Under the pieces are notes generated by a model. That model did not search any database. It was not told the DNA's origin and saw nothing but the letters and a program-made list of their open reading frames with translations. From positions 48,670,001 through 48,734,000 of the forward strand of contig NC_043015.1 of NCBI RefSeq assembly GCF_006345805.1: a stretch of 64,000 nt of DNA, read 5' to 3'. Source of the stretch: Octopus sinensis (taxonomy: Eukaryota). Positions 51,926 through 64,000 of the stretch are shown in pieces. Numbering within the stretch: position 1 is the first letter of the stretch; every line of letters begins with the position of its first letter. Position numbers and translations under genes: made by a program.

Positions 51926-52655
51926 TATATATATATTATATATATAATATTTATATAATTTATATGATAAAAATGGTAAGACAACAAAAGAAAGAAAGAG
52001 ACCTCGATATTATGTAAAATTTACATTTACAGATATATATATATATGACGATTTTTTTCCCTCTGTCTTCCCTTCTCGGGATCTTTCCTTCTCCTATGTT
52101 TCCGACGAAGAGCTCCGCTCGAAACGTCAAACCCTCCTTCTTCCCTTCTTTCCTGAGCGTCCAATAATACTTTATTTGTTCCACGTCCTCGCGTTGTTGT
52201 TTTTTTGTTTTTTTTTTGTGTTTTCTTGGTTGGATTAACTTTATATATATCTCTTATTATAAAAGGCAGATTTTATCTGCCTCCCTTTGTCAGTTATAGA
52301 AATCTACAATATAGGATTTCTTCAATTACAATTTACTTAGCATTTTTAAGAGTAGAATGCATCGGGTTTTGCCAGGTCCACTTTTTAAAATTTAAACTCC
52401 AATTAAGCAAAATTTACAGAAAACTCACATTCTGGTGTGTATGTCAAATGCTTTTCTTAATGTGTTTTACACCACACGCACACGCACACACACAGTGTGC
52501 AAGGAATAAAATGAAAGTAATTCACCGTTTGTAATGAGTGACTCTTTCAGTCTGCCACTTCCTCTTTACACACATAGACACGCAAATATATAAATAAAAT
52601 TGTAAGCTAACGTGCGTGTGTGTGAGTGTGTGTGTGCGTGTGTGTGTGTGTGAGG

Positions 52656-52699
<44 letters not shown>

Positions 52700-53051
52700 G
52701 CGTGAGTGTGTGACAGGAAAGTATTTTAGGACGAATATAAGACCTATATCGGCGATGTTTCGCTTGTCGTAGCACAGGTTTCCGTCGATTTCCGTAAAAA
52801 ACTTATTTTTTTACATAAGTAATGAGAGCGAAAGAGACTAAGAGAAAGCGATTGTATGACGAGGGAAGTTCTTTTGAAGTTACCGTGCATGGGACGCATT
52901 GATGTACATGTGTGTGTGTGTTTGATGGAGTGTGGGAGACAGACAGTATGTTGTGTAAGTGAAGTGCTTCTGTTAGTGTGTGTGAAGAGACAGAGTAATG
53001 TGTGAAAGAGAGAGATAACTGAAATTTTTTACTCGGTTTATGTGTATATGT

Positions 53052-53091
<40 letters not shown>

Positions 53092-53646
53092 ATGGCCGAT
53101 TCAGTGTTTACATTTTTTACGGAAATTGACGGAAACGTGTGCTACGACAAGCGAAACATCGCCCCTATATCCAAGTAGCAGAAAGATCGCCCAAAAGTGT
53201 ATATAGATATCTAAATGTATTTATATATTCATCTATACACAGATGTATGTATAATGTGTGTGTATATATTTCCATACACGTAACCATTCACTCCACAAAG
53301 ATTTTTAGCACGAAAATAAGATCTAAAGTTATCTCTAAGTAGCACAGAGATCGCCCAAAAGTGTATATAGATATATAAATGTATTTATATTCATCTATGC
53401 ACACATGTATGTATAACGTGTGTGTATATATTTCCATAGAGGTAACCATTCACTCCATACAAAGTTTTTTAGCACGAAAATAAGATCTAAAGTTAACTCT
53501 AAGAAACAGAAAGATCGCCCAAAAGTGTATATAGATATTTAAATGTATTTATATATTCATCTATACACACATGTATGTATAATGTGCGTGTATATATTTC
53601 CATAGAGGTAACCATTCAATCCATACAAAGTTTTTTAGGACGAAAA

Positions 53647-54490
53647 TATTTATATATAAAAGAAAGGTTGTGTGTCTGTCTACTCTGATTTAGATTCCTA
53701 ACTACTCCCACATTTTGCGATGCAGTTTAACCAAAACCGGGTATCTTATAGTCGTGATTCATATCGAGCCCTTCTGGGTATTAGCGCGCGTCTACGATGA
53801 GTCTATGATTTTACAAATAATTTACCATCATTTTTTTCCATTTTAATGCATATTTTAAAAAATAAACGGAAGTAACTCTCAAACTTCACACCAATATGCG
53901 TGCTCATATGCGACGTAATATCACATCAGCAGCATTTCCTCACACCCTCCTTGCACTTGGCGAAGGCAAAATACCAGGGGATGAAAATGGTAATATTGCC
54001 ATCGATTCCATTTGTACCATTGTTAAGACGCCTTCTGATCTCAGAGATGCAGTGTTCCCAGATCTACAAGCTAATTATCAGAATATGGATTGGATTGGCA
54101 AAAAGGCTATACTGGCCCCGAGGAATAAAACTGTTCACCATATTAATGATGAAATGCTAAAACTCATCCTGGGGAAGTCTATGTATATCAGTCTATCGAT
54201 ACAACTCTGACCCAGAGGACGTCATCAACTATCCAATAGAGGTACTCAATTCCTTTGAGCACCCCGGACTACCACCACACTTTCTCAAACTAAAGTTGGT
54301 GCCCCTATAATGCTCATCAGAAATTTGGTTCCCCCAAAACAATGCAATGGCACACGTTTGATCGTTAAGTCCTTATCTCCCACCGTAAGCTTATATCAAT
54401 ATTTGCCTGAATAATCATCATAATTCAGTGCAATCATTAACAGTACTTTCAAGCAATTCAGCTCCGAGCAACGCCGGGCAATTCTGCTAG
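53647..54490 (+). mobile_element. Helitron derivative, copy 4 (frameshifted)
   Basis: Three single-base deletions (tcat-cctgggg, caact-ctgac, caaac-taaag) break the ORF after ~90 codons. Confidence 0.88.
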
Positions 54491-56529
54491 TATATATATA
54501 TAATAGTTATCGCCAAGCTAACATGTGCTGCTGATTAGCTCCAAGAGGTCATCACCTCTAGCAGCATTCATCCTATTTTCTGGACTGCCATGTTAGTTTG
54601 GCGATAACTATTAATATCCAGCTGCCGTAGTCTCCTTAGAGACTTTGAAATATTTTTAGAAAAAGATTGTCAAAAGTAAAATGTAAAAGCTTTGTAAAAG
54701 CTTTGTTGTGTAAATGACTGGTTGTGACAAAATATTACAATATATATATATACATTCTTTGATAATAATAAGAAAATGTTAAAAAACAGTTTACAAGGAA
54801 ATATCTTGAGAAAATATTAAACAAAAATTTCAAAAAAGAAATATATAATTGGATTTCGTTAAAAATCATGTTTTGTTTGGAAGAATCTATATATATACAC
54901 AGAAAGGTATTAGCTCAAAGACAGTCATATTTGTTAGTATATATACTCTTTTACTCTTTTACTGGTTTCAATCATTTGACTGCGGCCATGCTGGAGCACT
55001 GCCTTTAATCGAGCAACTTGACCCCGGGACTTATTCTTTGTAAGCCCAGTACTTATTCTATCAGTCTCTTTTGCCGAACCGCTAATTGACGGGGACATAA
55101 ACACACCAGCATCGGTTGTCAAGCAATGCTAGGGGGACAAACATAGACACACAAACATACACGCACACACATATATATACATATATACGACGGGCTTCTT
55201 TCAGATTCCGTCTATCAAATCCACTCACAAGGCTTTGGTTGGCCCAAGGCTATAGCAGAAGACACTTGCCCAAGGTGCCACGCAGTGGGACTGAATCCGA
55301 AACATGTGGTTGGTAAACAAGCTACTTACCACACAGCCACTCCTGCACCTATGTATTTCTGTTTTGTTTTTTTTTTCTGCCTAAAGCCAAAAAATAAACA
55401 ATAACTCTGAGCACCTTTTCAAACTCCACCTGTCTAACACCCGTGAACATGTTTACAAAGTCAGAAAACAGCACAGCTCTCATGACTTTCAGAAACATTT
55501 TTTCATGCGCCTATACACAGAAGGAGATACATTTAGGAGTTTATAAAGAATTTGAGATGACCTGACCTGTTTTAACATTTTTTTCTTTTTCTGTGAAGCT
55601 AAAAGCCGTTTACTATTTTAAGGGACAGTGTGGGAGGTTGGTTGGGTGGGGGGAAGGAAGAGTAATGTATATATGTATAATATCTTGTTACAACCTGTAC
55701 GTAACACAACAAAGCTTATACAAAGTTTTACATTTCACTTTTGACAATATTCTTCTAAAAAAGTAAAACAGTGAATAAAAATCTTTTCAAATTGCATTTT
55801 CAAACCTTCTTTCATATATATATTTCCACTCGTGTGCTACTGGTAACATGTAACCCAATACAATCTGTTGCATGGTTGGCCGTTGGCGACTAAACCAGCA
55901 ACCCCACCAACTTGGTGAGGAAGGTGTTATTGGACAGCCTGCAGGATGAAAAACAAAACCCGTCAAAGGTCAGAGGAACTCTTGAGAGTCAACGACCATC
56001 CAATAAATGTGTAATTATATATCACCTCATCGTGGTAAGCGGGTGAGATGGGAGTGTCAGAGCTATGCCGTCGGAGACTTCGGTTTCTGGTAGGGCCACC
56101 CAAGGCGGATTGTTCTGACACCCAGCGGTATCAGGGCCGCACCCGGCTAACGGGGCTCTGGTGAACAGAAGTGTCTGATCTGGCAACCGGAGGCTTCAAC
56201 CCGTCCTGTCCCTGCGTCTGTGGAAAATCTACGGCGAGCTGGCAGAAATGTTAGCACGCCGGGCGAAATGCTTAGCGGTATTTCGTCTGCGTTACATTGT
56301 GAGTTCAAATTCCGCTGAGGTCGACTTTGCCTTTCATCCTTTCGGGGTCGATAAATTAAGTACCAGTTACGAACTGGGGTCGATGTAATCGACTTAATAC
56401 CTATGTCTGTCCTTGTTTATCCCCCCTATGTTTAGCCCCTTGTGGGTAATAAAGAAATAGGAAAATCTACGGCAAACTAGGCCCATGAGCCAACATAGGC
56501 TTTAAAAAGGGCGCATTTATATATATATA

Positions 56530-56575
<46 letters not shown>

Positions 56576-58179
56576 ATACAATATGTTACATTACTCGGTA
56601 GTCAAGATAAAACTCTGAGTTTCAGATGCCGAAGTGGAAATCCACAACACCATCTCTTCGGTTATCTGGTTATCTAAATAGCCAGATAACCGAAGAGATG
56701 GTGTTGTGGATTTCCACTTCGGCATCTGAAACACAGAGTTTTATCTTGACTACTGAGTAATGTAACATATTGTATAGATAAATTTCCTCTTTTTACATAA
56801 TATTGAGGTCTCTTTCTTTCTTTTGTTATTTTACCGTTTTATCAATATATATAAACATTTTATTGTTATCTTTCATATATATCCCTCCTTCCTCTTCCCA
56901 TTGCTCGCTCTCAAGCTAATTAACTTTCTTCTTCACTTTCCCCTTTTCTCTCCTCCTTCTCCCTTATTTTCTCCTTCTCCTTTCTTTCTTGCTTTCTTTC
57001 TTTCTTCATCACAGCTGCTGCTGCTATTTGATAATCTCATCTTTATTTTTACCTCATTCATTAATTTTGTCGTAGTTACTCGAGGAAGCTCCATCCAATT
57101 TACATATTCTGAAATATCAATCATTGTTATAGCTAGTAAGTCCTTTATCAATTATTATCTTTATAATATTCTTCCCTACCTGAGTTTCTTCGTTGCTACC
57201 TGCTCAGTTTTTTGTCTTTACCTTGTCTTTCCTCCTCTCTTCAACTTGCTTTCTGTTCCTCTCTCATGTTTCCATTCAACTAACTTTTACAGCGATCAAA
57301 GTTTTTCTCTCAATACTTCATCATGCATTAAACTATCAATCCCACTTTTTCAGTGCTAATTAAAAATCGATATCTATTAGTATGAGTACCTTCATCCTTA
57401 ATCTTTCCTCTCCCTCATGTTGTTGTCCACTGTGAATGTTCTCAGCTCCTTTCTTTTCGGTGGTGGTGGCAGGGGTCTTGCAGTGACTGTTTTTTTTGTT
57501 TTTTTTTGGTCATAATTTGCTGTATAGAGAACTGGACATGTCAAAGAGCATCGAAGAAAAATGAAAGTAAAATGAAAAAAAATTATTTAAAATAAATACC
57601 ATGCATGGAGCATGTCACATCAGGCAAGAAAACTAGAATCAATATATTTTGTGTATAAACAAGGAAACACACACACACACACACACATACATAATACATA
57701 CATACACACACACACATACATAATACATACATACACACACACACACATATATATACATACATACATATGTACATACATACATACATACATATATACATAC
57801 ATACATACATAATTCATACATACATACGTACATATATACATACATACATACATACATACATTCATGTATATAAATATAGACAGACAGACAGACAGACAGA
57901 TAGATAGATAGATAGATAGTCTGCCTGAGTGATTGATTAATTGAATGATTGATTGAACTCATAAAGCAAAATATCCCAAATATGCTCCTTTGAAAAAATA
58001 ACTGTTAAAATTGAACTGCACTCTTCAAAACTTGCACTAAGAATAAGGACAAGATAAAATTACTACCTGCTTTTATAGCAAGCTGATGCATGTAGTTTAT
58101 CTCATTCCCCTCCGACTGTTAGCTTATACAGTTGAAAAACTGAATTCTTTAGGAAATGACCCAATATTATATATATATA

Positions 58180-58279
58180 NNNNNNNNNNNNNNNNNNNNN
58201 NNNNNNNNNNNNNNNNNNNNNNNNNNNNNNNNNNNNNNNNNNNNNNNNNNNNNNNNNNNNNNNNNNNNNNNNNNNNNNN
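58180..58279. other. scaffold gap (100 N)
   Basis: Run of exactly 100 N. Confidence 0.99.
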
Positions 58280-58500
58280 ATATGAATTCTATAGACGAGG
58301 TCAGAAGAGTACTGGGGGAGTATTTTTCATCACGGTCAAGTGAATTTTAGAAGAGGAGCCTTGCGAGTCTGCCAGATAGATGGAAGGACATTGTAGAAAA
58401 TGAAGGAGAGTATATCTTAGATTAAAAAAGATCATTGTTTATCTCAATTTTGAAAAATAAATGGTATTAAAAAAATTGCATTATTTATGGGATGACCCAA
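58280..58500 (+). mobile_element. mariner 3' end (different family)
   Basis: MNSIDEVRRVLGEYFSSRSSEF*KRSLASLPDRWKDIVENEGEYILD*, then terminus ttatttatgggatgacccaa|TA. Confidence 0.8.
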
Positions 58501-58593
58501 TACATATACTACATTACATATACGTATTTTCTACATACATACATACATATCATCGTTCATTTACCATGCTGGCATGGGTTGAGATACATACAT

Positions 58594-58624
<31 letters not shown>

Positions 58625-58711
58625 CTTTATTTGTGCATTAAGGCTACCATTGGTCTCATGTTAAGAAATACCTCAACAATTATCAAACCTATCACATCAG
58701 TGTTTGTCTCT

Positions 58712-61700
58712 ATTTTGGATTAGAGTATGAAATGTCATGGAAAGTCACAATAAAATCATGAGAATTTTGATAAACGAAAACACAAAACATCAAGATAACG
58801 ATGATGATTATGATGAGTAATGCCTATTTTGCTTTTTGTGGAATTTGCTAATTTTGGATTAGAGTATGAAATGTCATGGAAAGTCACAATAAAATCATGA
58901 AAATTTTGATAAACGAAAACACAAGACATCAAGATAAAGATGATGATTATGATGAGTAATGCCTATTTTGCTTTATGTGGAATTTGTTAATTTTGGATTA
59001 GAGTATGAAATGTCATGGAAAGTCACAATAAAATCATGAGAATTTTGATAAACAAAAACACAAGACATCAAGATAACGATGATGATTATGATGAGTAATG
59101 CCTATTTTGCTTTTTGTGGAATTTGTTAATTTTGGATTAGAGTATGAAATGTCATGGAAAGTCACAATAAAATCATAAGAATTTTGATAACGAAAACACA
59201 AGACATCAAGATAACGATGATGATTTGATGAGTAATGCCTATTTTGCTTTTTGTGGAATTTGCTAATTTTGGATTAGAGTATGAAATGTCATGGAAAGTC
59301 ACAATAAAATCATGAGAATTTTGATAAACGAAAACACAAGACATCAAGATAACGATGATGATTATGATGAGTAATGCCTATTTTGCTTTTTGTGGAATTT
59401 GTTAATTTTGGATTAGAGTATGAAATGTCATGGAAAGTCACAATAAAATCATAAGAATTTTGATAAACGAAAACACAAGACATCAAGATAACGATGATGA
59501 TTATGATGAGTAATGCCTATTTTGCTTTTTGTGGAATTTGCTAAATTTTGGATTAGAGTATGAAATGTCATGGAAAGTCACAATAAAATCATGAGAATTT
59601 TGATAAACGAAAACACAAGACATCAAGATAACGATGATGATTATGATGAGTAATGCCTACTTTGCTTTTTGTGGAATTTGCTAAATTTTGGATTAGAGTA
59701 TGAAATGTCATGGAAAGTCACAATAAAATCATGAGAATTTTGATAAACGAAAACACAAGACATCAAGATAACGATGATGATTATGATGAGTAATGCCTAT
59801 TTTGCTTTTTGTGGAATTTGTTAATTTTGGATTAGAGTATGAAATGTCATGGAAAGTCACAATAAAATCATGAGTATTTTGATAAACGAAAACACAAGAC
59901 ATCAAGATAAAGATGATGATTATGATGAGTAATGCCTATTTTGCTTTTTGTGGAATTTGTTAATTTTGGATTAGAGTATGAAATGTCATGGAAAGTCATA
60001 ATAAAATCACATGAGAATTTTGATAAACGAAAACACAAGACATCAAGATAACGATGATGATTATGATGAGTAATGCCTATTTTGCTTTTTTGGAGAATTT
60101 GTTAATTTTGGATAGAGTATGATGTCATGGAAAGTCACAATAAAATCACATGAGAATTTTGATAAACGAAAACACAAGACATCAAGATAACGATGATGAT
60201 TATGATGAGTAATGCCTATTTTGCTTTTGTGAATTTGTTAATTTTGGATTAGGTATGAAATGTCATGGAAAGTCACAATAAAATCATGAGAATTTTGATA
60301 ACGAAAACACAAGACATCAGATAACGATGATGATCATGATGAGTAATGCCTATTTTGCTTTTTGTGGAATTTGTTAATTTTGGATTAGAGTATGAAATGT
60401 CATGGAAAGTCACAATAAAATCATGAGAATTTTGATAAACGAAAACACAAGACATCAAGATAACGATGATGATTATGATGAGTAATGCCTATTTTGCTTT
60501 TTGTGGAATTTGCTAATTTTGGATTAGAGTATGAAATGTCATGGAAAGTCACAATAAAATCATGAGTATTTTGATAAACGAAAACACAAGACATCAAGAT
60601 AACGATGATGATTATGATGAGTAATGCCTATTTTGCTTTTTGTGGAATTTGTTAATTTTGGATTAGAGTATGAAATGTCATGGAAAGTCACAATAAAATC
60701 ATGAGAATTTTGATAAATGAAAACACAAGACATCAAGATAACGATGATGATTATGATGAGTAATGCCTATTTTGCTTTTTGTGGAATTTGTTAATTTTGG
60801 ATTAGAGTATGAAATGTCATGGAAAGTCACAATAAAATCATGAGAATTTTGATAAATGAAAACACAAGACATCAAGATAACGATGATGATCATGATGAGT
60901 AATGCCTATTTTGCTTTTTGTGGAATTTGTTAATTTTGGATTAGAGTATGAAATGTCATGGAAAGTCACAATAAAATCATGAGAATTTTGATAAACGAAA
61001 ACACAAGACATCAAGATAACGATGATGATTATGATGAGTAATGCCTATTTTGCTTTTTGTGGAATTTGCTAAATTTTGGATTAGAGTATGAAATGTCATG
61101 GAAAGTCACAATAAAATCATGAGTATTTTGATAAACGAAAACACAAGACATCAAGATAAAGATGATGATTATGATGAGTAATGCCTATTTTGCTTTTTGT
61201 GGAATTTGTTAATTTTGGATTAGAGTATGAAATGTCATGGAAAGTCACAATAAAATCACATGAGAATTTTGATAAACGAAACACAAGACATCAAGATACG
61301 ATGATGATTATGATGAGTAATGCCTATTTTGCTTTTTGTGGAATTTGTTAATTTTGGATTAGAGTATGAAATGTCATGGAAAGTCACAATAAAATCATGA
61401 GAATTTTGATAAACGAAAACACAAGACATCAAGATAACGATGATGATTATGATGAGTAATGCCTATTTTGCTTTTTGTGGAATTTGTTAATTTTGGATTA
61501 GAGTATGAAATGTCATGGAAAGTCACAATAAAATCATGAGAATTTTGATAAACGAAAACACAAGACATCAAGATAACGATGATGATTATGATGAGTAATG
61601 CCTATTTTGCTTTTTGTGGAATTTGTTAATTTTGGATTAGAGTATGAAATGTCATGGAAAGTCACAATAAAATCACATGAGAATTTTGATAAACGAAAAC

Positions 61701-63847
61701 ACAAGACATCAAGATAAAGATGATGATTATGATGAGTAATGCCTATTTTGCTTTTTGTGGAATTTGTTAATTTTGGATTAGAGTATGAAATGTCATGGAA
61801 AGTCACAATAAAATCACATGAGAATTTTGATAAACGAAAACACAAGACATCAAGATAACGATGATGATTATGATGAGTAATGCCTATTTTGCTTTTTGTG
61901 GAATTTGTTAATTTTGGATTAGAGTATGAAATGTCATGGAAAGTCACAATAAAATCATGAGAATTTTGATAAACGAAAACACAAGACATCAAGATAACGA
62001 TGATGATTATGATGAGTAATGCCTATTTTGCTTTTTGTGGAATTTGTTAATTTTGGATTAGAGTATGAAATGTCATGGAAAGTCACAATAAAATCACATG
62101 AGAATTTTGATAAACGAAAACACAAGACATCAAGATAACAATGATGATTATGATGAGTAATGCCTATTTTGCTTTTTGTGGAATTTGCTAATTTTGGATT
62201 AGGGTATGAAATGTCATGGAAAGTCACAATAAAATCATGAGAATTTTGATAAACGAAAACACAAGACATCAAGATAACGATGATGATTATGATGAGTAAT
62301 GCCTATTTTGCTTTTTGTGGAATTTGCTAATTTTGGATTAGAGTATGAAATGTCATGGAAAGTCACAATAAAATCATGAGTATTTTGATAAACGAAACAC
62401 AAGACATCAAGATAAAGATGATGATTATGATGAGTAATGCCTATTTTGCTTTTTGTGAATTTGTTAATTTTGGATTAGAGTATGAAATGTCATGGAAAGT
62501 CACAATAAAATCATGAGAATTTTGATAAACGAAAACACAAGACATCAAGATAACGATGATGATATGATGAGTAATGCCTATTTTGCTTTTTGTGGAATTT
62601 GTTAATTTTGGATTAGAGTATGAAAGTCATGGAAAGTCACAATAAAATCATGAGAATTTTGATAACGAAAACACAAGACATCAAGATAACGATGATGATT
62701 ATGATGAGTAATGCCTATTTTGCTTTTTGTGGAATTTGTTAATTTTGGATTAGAGTATGAAATGTCATGGAAAGTCACAATAAAATCATGAGAATTTTGA
62801 TAAACAAAACACAAGACATCAAGATAACGATGATGATTATGATGAGTATGCCTATTTTGCTTTTTGTGGAATTTGTTAATTTTGGATTAGAGTATGAAAT
62901 GTCATGGAAAGTCACAATAAAATCATGAGAATTTTGATAAACGAAAACACAAGACATCAAGATAACGATGATGATTATGATGAGTAATGCCTATTTTGCT
63001 TTTTGTGGAATTGTTAATTTTGGATTAGAGTATGAAATGTCATGGAAAGTCACAATAAAATCATGAGAATTTTGATAAACGAAACACAAGACATCAAGAT
63101 AACGATGATGATATGATGAGTAATGCCTATTTTGCTTTTTGTGGAATTTGTTATTTTTTATTAGAGTATGAAATGTCATGGAAAGTCACATAAATCATGA
63201 GAATTTTGATAAACGAAAACACAAGACATCAAGATAACGATGATGATTATGATGAGTAATGCCTATTTTGCTTTTTGTGGAATTTGTTAATTTTGGATTA
63301 GAGTATGAAATGTCATGGAAAGTCACAATAAAATCATGAGAATTTTGATAAACGAAAACACAAGACATCAAGATAACGATGATGATTATGATGAGTAATG
63401 CCTATTTTGCTTTTTGTGGAATTTGTTAATTTTGGATTAGAGTATGAAATGTCATGGAAAGTCACAATAAAATCATGAGAATTTTGATAAACGAAAACAC
63501 AAGACATCAAGATAACGATGATGATTATGATGAGTAATGCCTATTTTGCTTTTTGTGGAATTTGTTAATTTTGGATTAGAGTATGAAATGTCATGGAAAG
63601 TCACAATAAAATCATGAGAATTTTGATAAACGAAAACACAAGACATCAAGATAACGATGATGATTATGATGAGTAATGCCTATTTTGCTTTTTGTGGAAT
63701 TTGTTAATTTTGGATTAGAGTATGAAATGTCATGGAAAGTCACAATAAAATCATGAGAATTTTGATAAACGAAAACACAAGACATCAAGATAACGATGAT
63801 GATTATGATGAGTAATGCCTATTTTGCTTTTTGTGGAATTTGTTAAT
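58712..63847 (+). repeat. 139-bp satellite DNA, ~37 monomers
   Basis: Monomer ggattagagtatgaaatgtcatggaaagtcacaataaaatcatgagaattttgataaacgaaaacacaagacatcaagataacgatgatgattatgatgagtaatgcctattttgctttttgtggaatttgttaatttt (139 nt). Confidence 0.97.
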
Positions 63848-64000
63848 CTACAGCTAAAATTTTGTGCAAAATTGTCTTTATGATCTTTCAGAGTTACAAA
63901 AAAAATTTTTTAAACATGTCATTCTATTCTCTCTTCAATTTTAAGATTTGTAGCTTTAATTTTTTGCTTCAACATTGATAAAATTATAAGTGATTGGGTT

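Larger units (their letters stand above)
38462..56882 (+). repeat. tandem array of a ~5 kb composite unit
   Basis: Unit start aaacattttattgttatctttc at 38462, 43471, 51839 and 56853 (30 bp only). A ~2 kb deletion fuses units 2 and 3 at ~47165. Confidence 0.95.

Noticed and set aside
53896-54400. Biological pseudogenisation of Helitron copy 4
   Set aside because: The three lesions are single-base deletions typical of long-read error and cannot be called real without reads.
56823-57359. 178-aa hydrophobic ORF (+) and 72-aa charged ORF (-)
   Set aside because: Both derive from a pyrimidine/purine-skewed low-complexity tract, with no recognisable domain or splice support.
58712-63847. Regular direct repeats as a possible CRISPR array, and repeated ORFs such as MMSCVFVYQNSHDF
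   Set aside because: Monomers are contiguous with no unique spacers, there are no cas genes, and the context is eukaryotic. The ORFs are satellite read-through.

Overview
AT-rich, microsatellite- and TE-dense animal DNA. The SINE/RTE repeat landscape looks cephalopod (Octopus-like); this is pattern recognition, not a database result. The only host gene is the 3' end of WDR44 on the + strand: four spliced exons (3212-3313, 6534-6649, 10118-10245, 14016-14200) giving 176 aa plus stop, the first absent from the ORF track. Downstream the window is dominated by large rearrangements. (1) A ~12.4 kb inverted duplication (arms 20118-25940 and 26960-32546) whose 1 kb spacer is an inverted, non-identical copy of 36364-37476. 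(2) A 2.7 kb non-autonomous LTR element with a tRNA-Trp PBS (32869-35615). (3) A decayed 1.2 kb mariner (37302-38513) whose two ends coincide with breakpoints of both big rearrangements. (4) An 18.4 kb tandem array of a ~5 kb composite unit containing a Merlin-like MITE, a Helitron helicase derivative, SINEs, a 100-bp-arm hairpin and hammerhead-like motifs. (5) After a 100-N gap, a 139-bp satellite of ~37 copies. Several distinct minimal hammerhead-ribozyme-like motifs of the Penelope type occur. Duplicated segments show many homopolymer indels, so imperfect long-read polishing or haplotype stitching cannot be excluded. No prokaryotic-type system, CRISPR array or true tRNA/rRNA gene was found. 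Coordinates were counted by hand; SINE/LINE edges are approximate.
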